Shown here one piece after another: positions 47,791-58,173 of a DNA stretch of 64,000 bases. A program made the position numbers and the translations under genes. Origin of the DNA: Eggerthellaceae bacterium (GTDB lineage Bacteria > Actinomycetota > Coriobacteriia > Coriobacteriales > Eggerthellaceae). Position 1 is the first letter of the stretch, and each line of letters begins with the position of its first letter. The stretch covers positions 64,642 to 128,641 of the forward strand of contig JAXKCR010000001.1 of the NCBI GenBank assembly GCA_036552405.1, written 5' to 3'. A model generated the notes under the pieces. It was not told the DNA's origin. It ran no database searches and was given only the letters and a program-made list of their open reading frames with translations.

Positions 47791-50700
47791 TTACTTCGCG
47801 CGATGAGATCCTGACTTGCGGCGCATCTTGACTGCTCCGATCACCAGACCAGCGCATGCTATTACCGCGAGAGCACCAAGGCCCATTACCAGAGGACCAA
47901 GGTTGTCGCTCGTATCAGGCAGTGCCGGAGGCTCGGAGCCGCCAGGCTTTCCGCCATCAGGCTCAGACGGGTCCTTAGGCTCGGTATAAGTGTTGGAGAA
48001 CAGGATCAGCTCGTCCATTCCTTCGATATCAGCGACCAGGCTGCCTTCTTTGTTGTCGGTCACCGTGATCTTGATCTTATGCTCGAAGCCGTCGTAGGTC
48101 ACGCCTTCCTGGCCGTCATTCACTTCGACGATGGTGTATTCGTATTCACCAGCCGTATCGAACGAAAGCTCTGGGAACTGGATGGTGCCCTCTTCATCGT
48201 TCTGGGCTTCAGCCACCACATTGCCATCTTTGTCAATCACTTGGAAGGTGAAACGTGCATCTCCGGGCTTAGCGTTGTTGAGTAACTTGGCCGCGCCCAG
48301 GCTCACCGTTGCAGGCTTAGCTTCGTAGGTATTAGTGAAGAGCGCTTCCTGAGCGTCTTTGAGCTCATGCTTCACGCTCAGCGTGCCATTAGCGTTATCC
48401 GTCACCGAAGCATGAATGCTATAGTCCTTCGTGTCGTAGGTCACGCCACCTTTGTCGCCAGCCACCTCGCGTACCAAGTAGTCGTGTTCGCCTGGTGCGC
48501 TGTAGGTAATAGTCTCGAACGTCACCTTGCCGTAAACATCATTGGTGCCCTTTGCAACTACGGTTTCTACGCCGTCAACCATTTCCACCAGTTCGAAGTT
48601 GAACTCGCCAGCAGCCATATCACGACCATCAAGCTTCTTCGTGATGGCGATCTGATCAGTCACACTGGATGGCTCGGGCGTAGTGATGCTGTAGGTATTG
48701 GTGAATTGGAACAACGGGGCAGGAGCCACCGCGCTCGTTTTAGCACTCAACGTTCCGTCACCATTGTCCGTCACGGTCACCGTAAAGGTCTTGCCCGTTT
48801 TGGCGGCGTCATCATTCGCCACACCAGGAAGATTGCCGTCCTCGGTCACCGTATAGGTAAAGACCTTAGTGCGCTCGGTTCCGCGCGTCTGCGCATCACC
48901 CGTATCGCCGAACACACTTTCCATGGTGAAGCTGATCTTACCGAACACCACATTACCGGCAGCGTCATTTGTTGCTTCAGAAACGACTGCGCCATCATCA
49001 TTCTTGGGCATTGGGGCAGCATTGCCGTCCTCGTCCACGCCGGAAATTTCAAACGTATATTTGCCTGCAATACCAGCCTGGGTCAGCTTAGCGTCTGCAG
49101 CCAGTTCCTGCGGCGAATAACCGAGCACCTTAATACCAGCAATATCGACCTCAGCCTGAGCATCAACGCCGTATGTGTTCTTGAACGTTATGCCGTCCGA
49201 ACCACCAGGATAGGTCACGCCAACAGAAAGAGGCGTGCCGTCATGCGCGTCCGTTACCGTAACGTTAATGGTCTGTGGCTGGGTCACAGCAGCTACACCA
49301 TCAGCCGTAACTTCTGATTCGGATACAAGATACTGATAGGTGTACGTGTAAGCCCCGGTATCTGCATTAATAGCGCGCGTTACCAAGTTGTCCTTCAGGT
49401 CCTGCTCAAGCGAAGCAGTTGTGTACTCTATCTTCTCGAAGACAATGCTGCCGTCGGCCTTGCTCTTGCCCGTAGTCACGGGTTCGGCATCCGGATCGGT
49501 ATTCGCCATATTGGTCACAACGAAGGAAAACTCATCGTCCACCATTGGACGATTGGTGAGCGTCTTCGTGGCATTGATCTTCACGTTGCCCTCGCCACCA
49601 AGGATGGCGGGGTCCGCTTTATAGCTGTTTGTGAACGGAACAGTCACTTTGCCACCGGTCTGCGGTTTATCAGACGTTGCCACCTTGGTCTCAATAACCT
49701 CGCCCGCAGCGTTCTCAACCGTTGTGGTAACAGTTAGGACACCTGTCACTGCATCAAAGGTCGGAACCACCTTGACGGTATAGACTTCCTCGTCGTTGGT
49801 GTAGCCGTCGCCGCCCTTCTTGGTCTCGCTGACCTGGAAGACATAGACCTTGTTCGCATCCTCATTGGTGAACTTCACATCGCCGCCAAACGTCACAGGC
49901 ATGATCGCCGGCGTACCACCATTCGTGGCAGCACTCGACTTAACCACAGTACCCGTTTCGGCAATGCTGAACTTCTGAGCAGTTTCAGCGGCAGTGTCAC
50001 CCGCAGGCACAACCGTCCACTCGAACTGTCCTTCGGTCATGTCGCGGCCAGTCAGCACCTTGCTGATTTGAATGCCGACCGTTGCATTGTAATCAACACC
50101 CGTTGAATAGGTATTCACGAAGTCCGCATTCGCAGCAGTCACTACCGCAGCCGCCGCCGTCAAGTTGCCAGCACCGTCATCGGTTAGGGTCACCGTGATG
50201 GTAGCCGTATCGGGATCCTTCGCAATACCCGCAATATTGGTATCGTTCTCGGTCACGTTATAAGTGAATGTCTTGCTGCGCTTGCCCGTTACGGAATCAT
50301 AATCCGCACCAGCAAGGTCATCGAGAGTGTAATACAGCTTGCCGAAGCCGAAGGTTACCTTGCCGTCCTTCACTTTGTCATAAGAAGCAGTGGCTGTGCG
50401 GCTCGTCTGGATGGCGCCCTGCTCATCGCGCAGCGGCGCATTGTTCTGCGGCGTCAGCGTAAAGGTGAATTCGTCGCCTTCTTGCCAGTCACGGCCACTG
50501 ATGCTCTTAGTGAAGCGTGCATCCGTGTCGGCCTGCGCACCCCCAGGAGCAGTAGTGTAGGTGTTGGTGTACGCAACAACCACGTTGCCACCAGCCACAA
50601 CAACACCCTCACCATCATTAGCAGTCTCACTAGAGTCGGTAACGGTCGTCGTGTAACCAGGCTTTCCGGACTCACTCACTACGAACCGAGCACCAGCTGG

Positions 50701-53700
50701 CAATCCCTCGAAGGTGATGTACTGGCCGTGCTTCAAGAGGAAATTCGGGTCACCTTCTGTAAAATCGACCACACTCGGGTAATTAACCATTACACCGGTT
50801 CCGCTGTAGGTGTACTCACCGGTAAGAAAATTGCCATACGCATCAGTAAGTATGACCGTAAAGCTGAAGTCTTTGTTCGTATCGCCGTTCACGACGTTCT
50901 TGGATATGGTTAGCGAGCCAGGCTCGGCAACTTCATTGTCCACCGTATTGGTGTTCTTGTCGTTGACTGTTGCCTTGTTGCGGACAAAGCCGGCCGCATC
51001 CTCAGTTACCTTCGCGCTGAAGGTGATCTTTACCTTTGCGTTTTCAGGAAGCTTGGCGACGGTCCAGGTCAACACTACCTTATCATCCTTGTCTTCCACC
51101 GTAGGATCGAGAGCTTTCTGCTCAACATCGTTAATGTAAACCGTCGCCTCGTTATTGTATGCGAGACCTCGCAACAGTTCGTCGACCACAGTCGCGGTGG
51201 CTCCATCGCCCTTGTCGTTAACGAACTCGATGGTGTAGGTGAGTTCCTGGCCAACCTTAACCTCGCCCGTTGCGTCAACGGACTTATGAGGAACAGGGTT
51301 TACAACTATATTGGTGTCGGAAACACGATCGTCGATCCTGATGGAGGCCACATTCTCGATCCTCGTCACAGCATCCTCAGACACCTCCACCTGGAAGGAA
51401 ACGGTGCCCGTAGCATTAGGCTGCTGTGCGCCCAAGCTCCAAGTAATAATGAGCGATTCCTCATCGTAGCTGATGTTCTCACCCTGGATGGACTCTTTGA
51501 CCAACTCCGTACCAGTAGGAACAACGTCGGTCACAGTGATATCGGCCACAGTCGCACTACCGTTAGCATTGACAGCATCATTTACCCAATCAATGGTGTA
51601 GACAAGCGTGTCGCCTACGCCCACAAGCTGACCATCAATGGAAGTCGTCGGATCTTTAACAAGCGCAACGTCCTTCTTCTGCTCGGGCTTCTTATAAGTA
51701 TTGGTGAACTGGAGAGTCTCAACAGCCGTACCGCCGTTTACCACAAATCCACCGTTACCATCATCGGTAACGGTGATTTTCACCGTCTTTGGTTCCGCAT
51801 CGTACTCAACGCCGGGCACCTTATCCTCATCGTTCTCCGGCGCAACTTCGCTTACCGTGAGTTCATAATCGCCCGCTTTATTGAGCACGATACCCGAAAA
51901 CGCGAAGTTACCGTTCTCGTCAGAGGTCACATTGCCAGCAGGTAGCGTGATGCCGCTCGCATCACCGTTAGTGAGTTCGATCTTGAACTCGTAGCCCGCA
52001 AGCTTAATGTTCTCCTGTTCGGTGCCTTCTGCATCAGCAATGGTCTTCTTACCTGCAATATCAAGCGAACCCGTCGCGCTGTAGGTGTTGGTCCAAGTGT
52101 CGGATCCAGAAGGAGCACGCAGCATCTCGGTCTTTAGTGTGCCATCGCCATTATCGGTAACCGTCACGTAAACGATGCGCTCATGCGGGTCGTAGGTCAT
52201 GCCGTTCTGGCCGTTGCCGGTCTGAACTTCGGTGATTTTGAACGCATAGGGGTAGCCCGTCACCGTGGTCTTATTGAAGGTGATGTCGCCGAATGTCTTG
52301 GTGGCGGAATTGGAGCCCGCCGCTACATCACTGTATGCAATTGTGAGTTCCGTCTGATTCGGCATCACGACGTCACCGTCCGTCACGGCGGTCACCGTAT
52401 CAGCGGTATTGCCGGCAGTATAAGGCTCGATCTTAAAGGTGAAGCTGTCTCCATCCTTCCAATCGCGACCTTCCAGCACCTTCGTAACCTTAAGGTTATC
52501 CACACCGATGAACTCGCCGGACGCCGCATAGGTGTTCGTCCAAGCAATTCCGGCAATATCGAAGATTTCATTGTTGAGGTCAGCGTCGGTCAAAGCCGCA
52601 CCATCAAGTGTGGCGGTCTCAACCGAAAGCGTGCCGTCAAGATTATCTTTCACATCAATCTGAAGCGTATGAACGGTCGTATCGTACGTCACGCCATCTT
52701 TGACCCCACCATCAGGAATAACCTCCGAGAAGGTGTATGTATAAGAACCTGACTGAGTAAAGGCGATCGTTCCAAAATTGAGCGTTTGTGAACTATTGCC
52801 CGCAACGTAGCTCGGAGCAAGAATACCCTGGTCATTCAAACCAGAAAGCTTGGGGTTCGTAGCTGCCGAAGTAACCGCAAAGCTAAAGTCATCGGTGCTC
52901 TTAAACGCGCGGCCCTCAATAGCCTTCGTTCCCGCAACGGTCACCGAGCCCGTAGCGGCATAGCGGTTCACAAAGGCAGCCGCAGAAGCGCCATCGCTGT
53001 AAACTACCGGCCCATCAAGCTCCAGCACACCGTTGTTATCTTTCACTTTTACCGTAGCGGTAGCCGTGTGACGGTCCCAGGTCATGCCGTTACCGTCAGC
53101 GCCGAAGCCCGTTTCCTTGATGTTGAATACGTACGTGCCTGCCTTCTTGAAGGTGATGTTGTCGAAAGAGAAATCCTTTGCAACGCCGTCCTCGAGGCCG
53201 TCCCTAATGGTCTGCGTCAGGGTTGTGGCGGAAGCATCATTGCCCAAAACGATGGAATCGTTCAGGAGCGCAGCTGCAGTGCTAGAACCAGTCGGTGCAG
53301 CCAGCTCGAAAGTGAATTCTTCTCCCTTTTTGCTATCGCGTCCTTCAAGCGTCTTGCTGCCCTTGATGGCGGTGTCACCGGTGAGCACCAGATCCGTCGC
53401 ATCGTAGCTGTTGGAGAAAACAACTCGCTGCGCCTGAGGATCAGTTATAGCAACGCCATCCTTTTTGTAAACAGCAGTCACTCCGAATATACCATCCGTA
53501 ACGCCCGCGGTAGCCTCGATCGTCCAAACCGAGGAGTCGTAGGTCATGCCGTCCTTGGTGTACGTGCCGTCCCCGTTGTCCGTAGCATCGGCGGGGATCA
53601 CCTCAGTCACTGTATAAATGTATGTGCCCTGGTGCGCATCATCGAAGGTGGCCCTGCCCATCTCAATGAAGCTCAGGTCGTTCTGTACGGTATAGTAGTC

Positions 53701-55185
53701 GCCTTCATCCTGGAGACCAGAGAACACAGGTGCACCATCACTGAGCTCCACCTTAAAGGTGAACATGCCATCTGCTAAAGGCTTCGACCCCGTCAGATCC
53801 GTATAGCTCTTCGACCCTTCAGGACCCCATTGTGCCGTTTCTACAGCGTAGGTGTTCACGAAGCCAAAGAGGGCCGAGCTCTCTTCAAAATCTCCGTTCA
53901 ACGGGTCGCCATTGTCGTCGTGCGCCTTCTTTACCTTTACGGTCGGCGTCATGGTGCCATCGCCATTATCCACTACTTCGATGATGACTTCGTAATCCGC
54001 TCTGGAGTAGTCGATGCCGGCAATAGATCCGGTTTCTTCCCTGATCAGGTATTTATACGTACCCGGCTTCATGAACGTAATTTCGCCAAATCCCTTTTCT
54101 TTGGGATCATCTTGGCTCGTAATCTTCACGGCGGCATACGGATAACCACCCGGCGTAGTGCCAAGAGTTACATCACTGCTGGCAGCAGGAAGGGGGCTAT
54201 CCTCCCCGTTACTGGAAAGATATGACACGAGCCAGAATTCGTAGCTGTCGCTCTCTGACCACGTATAAGGTGAAGTTTCATCAGCATTCGTGATCGTCTT
54301 CGCTACGCCAAGGTTGTTTACCGTAGTCGCTCCCACTGCATATGCATTTGCGTAGGAAACGGACACGGGTGCTAGAGCCGTGGTGTTGTTGTTTGCATCG
54401 TTGTCGGCATCAGCAAGGTTACCCGAGATCGTCCGCTGGTCCGCATCGACAGTCGCGTCCACATCGCTACCCTTGTTCGGAGTCGACGTGAAACCGGACG
54501 GAAGATCGTTCTCTGTCACCGTATATGTGGTGCCAACGGGCAGGTCCTCGATGACGGCCTTCTGACCATGCTTCAGCGCGAACGTATAAGTATTCTTACC
54601 TGTCTTGACTTCAATAGGATCACCCACCGAAGCGCCCGTTGTGTCCGTGACTACGAGCTTATACGTTGCATTCGGGTCCCCCACGTTTTGCGGAATATTA
54701 AGGTTGAGAGTGAACTGGAATTCTTGGCTCCTCTGCAGCTCTGAAAGCTTTGTAGCGTCCATGCCTTCATAGCCGGTAACGTCCTTAGAAATCTCAAGAT
54801 CGTTCACTTGCTGGTTGGCAACGCGCACCGTTGCCGTGCCCGAGAAGAGCGAACGCAGGTTGTAGTCAACGTTCATAATGGAACCAGCATCTTCATTGAA
54901 GTACTTCTGAAGGTCCGTCTTGTGTGTTGAATCACCATGCTCAAGGCACTGCGTGATGCGCGCTAGCGGCCAGCCGGTGTCACTCTGCACCGAACGTGCG
55001 CCGCCTTCTTCAGCGGGACCGTATTCCAAAGCGCCGTGCTCGGAGCCATAGGACAGATGGACCTCCTCCGCGCCAGGCACATCGGTCCAGTTCGGATTCG
55101 CCGCCTTAGGGTCCCCGGTCTGAAGCGTCAGCTTGATATCGTGCAGGGTGGTATCGATGCTGTCATTGGCGGCGAACTGAGCCAT
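47791..55185 (-). CDS. giant adhesin A, C-terminal segment: ~20 tandem SpaA-isopeptide/Cna-B-like Ig-fold repeats + LPDTS sorting signal (same frame as 55237-57672, separated by one TAA)
   Basis: Recurrent F(T/V)NTY ... G(R/K)D(W/M)xxG(D/E)xFxF repeat signatures every ~120-140 aa. Terminal EPPALPDTSDNLGPLVMGLGALAVIACAGLVIGAVKMRRKSGSHRAK. No signal peptide at its own first Met. Confidence 0.8.
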   Translation of the reverse strand: MAQFAANDSIDTTLHDIKLTLQTGDPKAANPNWTDVPGAEEVHLSYGSEHGALEYGPAEEGGARSVQSDTGWPLARITQCLEHGDSTHKTDLQKYFNEDAGSIMNVDYNLRSLFSGTATVRVANQQVNDLEISKDVTGYEGMDATKLSELQRSQEFQFTLNLNIPQNVGDPNATYKLVVTDTTGASVGDPIEVKTGKNTYTFALKHGQKAVIEDLPVGTTYTVTENDLPSGFTSTPNKGSDVDATVDADQRTISGNLADADNDANNNTTALAPVSVSYANAYAVGATTVNNLGVAKTITNADETSPYTWSESDSYEFWLVSYLSSNGEDSPLPAASSDVTLGTTPGGYPYAAVKITSQDDPKEKGFGEITFMKPGTYKYLIREETGSIAGIDYSRADYEVIIEVVDNGDGTMTPTVKVKKAHDDNGDPLNGDFEESSALFGFVNTYAVETAQWGPEGSKSYTDLTGSKPLADGMFTFKVELSDGAPVFSGLQDEGDYYTVQNDLSFIEMGRATFDDAHQGTYIYTVTEVIPADATDNGDGTYTKDGMTYDSSVWTIEATAGVTDGIFGVTAVYKKDGVAITDPQAQRVVFSNSYDATDLVLTGDTAIKGSKTLEGRDSKKGEEFTFELAAPTGSSTAAALLNDSIVLGNDASATTLTQTIRDGLEDGVAKDFSFDNITFKKAGTYVFNIKETGFGADGNGMTWDRHTATATVKVKDNNGVLELDGPVVYSDGASAAAFVNRYAATGSVTVAGTKAIEGRAFKSTDDFSFAVTSAATNPKLSGLNDQGILAPSYVAGNSSQTLNFGTIAFTQSGSYTYTFSEVIPDGGVKDGVTYDTTVHTLQIDVKDNLDGTLSVETATLDGAALTDADLNNEIFDIAGIAWTNTYAASGEFIGVDNLKVTKVLEGRDWKDGDSFTFKIEPYTAGNTADTVTAVTDGDVVMPNQTELTIAYSDVAAGSNSATKTFGDITFNKTTVTGYPYAFKITEVQTGNGQNGMTYDPHERIVYVTVTDNGDGTLKTEMLRAPSGSDTWTNTYSATGSLDIAGKKTIADAEGTEQENIKLAGYEFKIELTNGDASGITLPAGNVTSDENGNFAFSGIVLNKAGDYELTVSEVAPENDEDKVPGVEYDAEPKTVKITVTDDGNGGFVVNGGTAVETLQFTNTYKKPEQKKDVALVKDPTTSIDGQLVGVGDTLVYTIDWVNDAVNANGSATVADITVTDVVPTGTELVKESIQGENISYDEESLIITWSLGAQQPNATGTVSFQVEVSEDAVTRIENVASIRIDDRVSDTNIVVNPVPHKSVDATGEVKVGQELTYTIEFVNDKGDGATATVVDELLRGLAYNNEATVYINDVEQKALDPTVEDKDDKVVLTWTVAKLPENAKVKITFSAKVTEDAAGFVRNKATVNDKNTNTVDNEVAEPGSLTISKNVVNGDTNKDFSFTVILTDAYGNFLTGEYTYSGTGVMVNYPSVVDFTEGDPNFLLKHGQYITFEGLPAGARFVVSESGKPGYTTTVTDSSETANDGEGVVVAGGNVVVAYTNTYTTAPGGAQADTDARFTKSISGRDWQEGDEFTFTLTPQNNAPLRDEQGAIQTSRTATASYDKVKDGKVTFGFGKLYYTLDDLAGADYDSVTGKRSKTFTYNVTENDTNIAGIAKDPDTATITVTLTDDGAGNLTAAAAVVTAANADFVNTYSTGVDYNATVGIQISKVLTGRDMTEGQFEWTVVPAGDTAAETAQKFSIAETGTVVKSSAATNGGTPAIMPVTFGGDVKFTNEDANKVYVFQVSETKKGGDGYTNDEEVYTVKVVPTFDAVTGVLTVTTTVENAAGEVIETKVATSDKPQTGGKVTVPFTNSYKADPAILGGEGNVKINATKTLTNRPMVDDEFSFVVTNMANTDPDAEPVTTGKSKADGSIVFEKIEYTTASLEQDLKDNLVTRAINADTGAYTYTYQYLVSESEVTADGVAAVTQPQTINVTVTDAHDGTPLSVGVTYPGGSDGITFKNTYGVDAQAEVDIAGIKVLGYSPQELAADAKLTQAGIAGKYTFEISGVDEDGNAAPMPKNDDGAVVSEATNDAAGNVVFGKISFTMESVFGDTGDAQTRGTERTKVFTYTVTEDGNLPGVANDDAAKTGKTFTVTVTDNGDGTLSAKTSAVAPAPLFQFTNTYSITTPEPSSVTDQIAITKKLDGRDMAAGEFNFELVEMVDGVETVVAKGTNDVYGKVTFETITYSAPGEHDYLVREVAGDKGGVTYDTKDYSIHASVTDNANGTLSVKHELKDAQEALFTNTYEAKPATVSLGAAKLLNNAKPGDARFTFQVIDKDGNVVAEAQNDEEGTIQFPELSFDTAGEYEYTIVEVNDGQEGVTYDGFEHKIKITVTDNKEGSLVADIEGMDELILFSNTYTEPKDPSEPDGGKPGGSEPPALPDTSDNLGPLVMGLGALAVIACAGLVIGAVKMRRKSGSHRAK

Positions 55186-55236
55186 GGTCTTAGCAAGCGT
55201 ACCCGTACCGCGAAGAACGGTTATGCCGTCATTTGC

Positions 55237-57672
55237 TTAGCCCGCATTGGCATACACACCCGTGCCGTCGACGTAAACTTCGATTACCTCATCATTGATC
55301 TGATATCCCGCTGGAGCTTTGGTTTCTTTCACCCAATAGGTTTTACCAGCGCCATCGGAATTCGCCACAAGGCCATCTTGACCCTCGAAGTATTCAGCGC
55401 CTTCAAGGTCAAGGGCATCTCCGTTTAGCTTTGACAGATTCCTAGTCGTTACGACACCAAGCGCAGTTGCATTGGGATTATCCGTTGGGTTTTCGCTATA
55501 AAGCGTGAATTCTGCACCCACTACCGGCGTACCGTTTTCATCTACCTTCTGCACCAGCAGACGGTTATACATGTCCGGTACGTTGAACGTGGCGGCAAAC
55601 TGACGGTGGAATCCGTAATCGTCGTACCCCGGATCATCCTCACGTAGGTTGTTTACAAGAACAGTATTGCCAGTAGTAGCCCCGCTCAGATCATTCGCCG
55701 TAGTGTAGTAGAAAGACACAACATATTCGGTTTCGGCTTCATCGCCCGTTACCCAGTAATACTTTTGAATGTTACCTGGCAACTCTGAAATATCGGCTTG
55801 GAACAAGCCGTTCGAATTAATAGCGAATTCGTGCGCGCCGCCGTTTTGAACCGCTTCGATCACGCCAGCGAAACCTGATGTATTGCTGTTCGTAAGCTTC
55901 CAGCCGCCTTCTTCGAGCGTACTGCCGTACACCCCGTGCCAGTTCGAAGCGTCCGTTATACCGCCAGCGCCATCACCGCGATGCAACACCACGGCAAACA
56001 GGGTTCCGCCTGTCTGGCCGTTATATTGCAGGTCTTTCCCGTTAATGGTAATTTCCCCACCGTTTTGCGTTTGCATGACGGAAGGCGAAGTAATGGATTC
56101 GCTCGCGTTGGCGTATGCGCCCGTTTCCCAATAGTTGGTGCTATACACTACGCCCGATTGGTGCGAGTATTCAATATGAATGTCACCCGAAAGACGATAT
56201 CCCACCGGGGCTGAAACTTCCTTTAGTACGTAATGGGTGCACTGGTTGTTATGGTTATACAGATCCTCGAACGTAATGAGCGTGTCGGTACTATCAACAA
56301 GCGTTATGCGACCATTACTGTCAGTCGTGCCCTCAGCAAGCACACCGCTAGTAGTGTTGTAGTTATCATCGGCCGCATAGAGTTCGAACTCGGCACCCGC
56401 AATGGGATTGCCTTCCTGGTCGACCTTCACAACCGTGCTTTCCGGCACGGTTACAAGGTTGAATTTAAGGCTCATGTTGGAGTCTGCGCTACCGCGCTCA
56501 AGATAGAAGAACTTGAGGGTATGGAGCGAATCGTCGGGGAAGGTGTTGCCCTCCCAGCCTTCCGTACTCATGCCGGCTTTGTCGTACAGATCCTTGAGGG
56601 TGGTATTCGCAACAGTCTGCAGCGTGCCATTGCCCTGAACACCCGTCACTTGAACTTCGCCGGTTGCAAAGTTGATATCAAGATCAGCCTTGGAGTGTAT
56701 GCCACCCAAATCGCCCACGAGAACGCCGTCGATGTAAACCCATACGTCGTCATCGCCGCTAAAGTGATAGGTTACTTCCTCGTTCTTTGCAGTTAAACCA
56801 CCCGCGGGCTGCACAAAACGCGTGGTCATAGAGGCGCCGAACCAGTGGTTCACGTCGTTGGATTTAGCACTGATTCCTTTTTCGACAAGCTGGTTGCCCT
56901 GCTCAGTGAACACATCGCTCGCGGTATTAAACGGGAAGAACTGCCCGTCAGCACTCAGCAGGGGGTCTTCGGTATGAACCGCTTTTGTATTGTAGACAGT
57001 GAAGTCATTGGTGCTCTCATCGAACGAAGCGAAATTTTGCGTGCTGTCGTAATAGTAGTAACCGTCGGCATCTACCTGCAACAATCCACCAACATTAGAA
57101 AATGCAAGCTTGCCGTCAGACTGAATATTCGTGTCAAAGAGATAGGCAAGAGACTCAACATTATTGATGCCAATACTGTTATTTTGCACAAGCGTGGGGT
57201 AACCATCAGACCCAAGCTCATCTTCAACAATTCCTGTACGAGGGAGTGGTTGCCAATTATTGACGCCACTAATGCCTGAAGTGAACTTGAAATCATGCCC
57301 ACTATTAATGCCAGAATCAGAGTTGGCTATTTGCGCCTTCTCTTCTTCCGTTAAACCCGCTGCAGGATAATCGTTGGCATCACGATCCCTGGTCCAGTAA
57401 TCAAACAGGTTGATCGTAGTGCCGTGAGGGGTAACCGTGTCGACCGTATAGTCGGAATATGCGCGGGTTTCTGTGCTATTGCCAGTTAAATTGGCAAAGA
57501 ACTCTCCGACTGGATCAGCATAGGCCGCCTTTGAGGCAACGCCTGCCGCAATAACAAGTGCTACAGCCATCAAAACCGCGATGAGGCTCTTTTTACGAGC
57601 GGGATTTTCAGTGCGGGCTATTCCGTGAAGAGGCCGCCCCCCCCCCGTCATTTTTTTCAACTTGAATGCCAT
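55237..57672 (-). CDS. giant adhesin A, N-terminal segment: signal peptide, PA14/fibro-slime-like adhesive domain, Cna-B-type domains; ends at in-frame TAA 55239-55237
   Basis: Signal peptide ...RKKSLIAVLMAVALVIAAGVASKAAYA. FSGDDDVWVYIDGVLVGDLGGIH fibro-slime/PA14 motif. VKVDQEGNPIAGAEFELY and LVQKVDENGTPVVGAEFTLY Cna-B motifs. Reading through the TAA gives 17 codons, then the Met of the next ORF in the same frame. Confidence 0.75.
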   Translation of the reverse strand: MAFKLKKMTGGGRPLHGIARTENPARKKSLIAVLMAVALVIAAGVASKAAYADPVGEFFANLTGNSTETRAYSDYTVDTVTPHGTTINLFDYWTRDRDANDYPAAGLTEEEKAQIANSDSGINSGHDFKFTSGISGVNNWQPLPRTGIVEDELGSDGYPTLVQNNSIGINNVESLAYLFDTNIQSDGKLAFSNVGGLLQVDADGYYYYDSTQNFASFDESTNDFTVYNTKAVHTEDPLLSADGQFFPFNTASDVFTEQGNQLVEKGISAKSNDVNHWFGASMTTRFVQPAGGLTAKNEEVTYHFSGDDDVWVYIDGVLVGDLGGIHSKADLDINFATGEVQVTGVQGNGTLQTVANTTLKDLYDKAGMSTEGWEGNTFPDDSLHTLKFFYLERGSADSNMSLKFNLVTVPESTVVKVDQEGNPIAGAEFELYAADDNYNTTSGVLAEGTTDSNGRITLVDSTDTLITFEDLYNHNNQCTHYVLKEVSAPVGYRLSGDIHIEYSHQSGVVYSTNYWETGAYANASESITSPSVMQTQNGGEITINGKDLQYNGQTGGTLFAVVLHRGDGAGGITDASNWHGVYGSTLEEGGWKLTNSNTSGFAGVIEAVQNGGAHEFAINSNGLFQADISELPGNIQKYYWVTGDEAETEYVVSFYYTTANDLSGATTGNTVLVNNLREDDPGYDDYGFHRQFAATFNVPDMYNRLLVQKVDENGTPVVGAEFTLYSENPTDNPNATALGVVTTRNLSKLNGDALDLEGAEYFEGQDGLVANSDGAGKTYWVKETKAPAGYQINDEVIEVYVDGTGVYANAG
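57637..57657 (-). repeat. homopolymeric tracts (G)10 and (A)7 on the coding strand within codons 5-12 of adhesin A
   Basis: + strand CCCCCCCCCC (57637-57646) and TTTTTTT (57651-57657). mRNA reads AUG GCA UUC AAG UUG AAA AAA AUG ACG GGG GGG GGG CGG. Confidence 0.85.
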
Positions 57673-58093
57673 GCCAACGCCTTTCGCCCTCTGCTGTTGC
57701 GAGAAATCGAACACCAGAATGCCGATTTCCTGCAGTTTCCCCAGTTTTTTAGGGTTAAAGAATACAACAAAATCCGAAATAAACCGGGGGAAATTAATGC
57801 TATTCGACCTTGAAATGCAACAATTTTTTTGCGAAAAGCCAAAAATTAGCAATAAAAATGCACCATGTTTGCATTTTTTCGCAACCATTAAGCCCCTCGA
57901 GCAAAAAAGGAGTCCGTGTGGCGTCCGAGAGCGGGGTAACAACCGAGCGCACGGACGAAGAGTTTGATAGACGAAAGCGACTCAACAACCAGACTATGCA
58001 CCTGAACACTTATTCAGCCACCCACACAAAGCCAACACGGCAAATGAAGAACCACCAGAAAACCGACTGACATAAAATTTGCCCCATGCACAA

Positions 58094-58123
58094 CAAGGAC
58101 CCCTCACTACGGAAGGGTCCTTG
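58094..58123 (-). terminator. conserved hairpin downstream of the adhesin B stop (CAAGGACCC-N12-GGGTCCTTG)
   Basis: Same stem as 47711-47740. Flanking ~150 bp including the gene 3' end are ~88% identical between the two loci. Confidence 0.5.
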
Positions 58124-58173
58124 CTTAGGTTCATGTGCCGAAAACCAGCGGCACGCTTAGCCGTTCATCTCCG

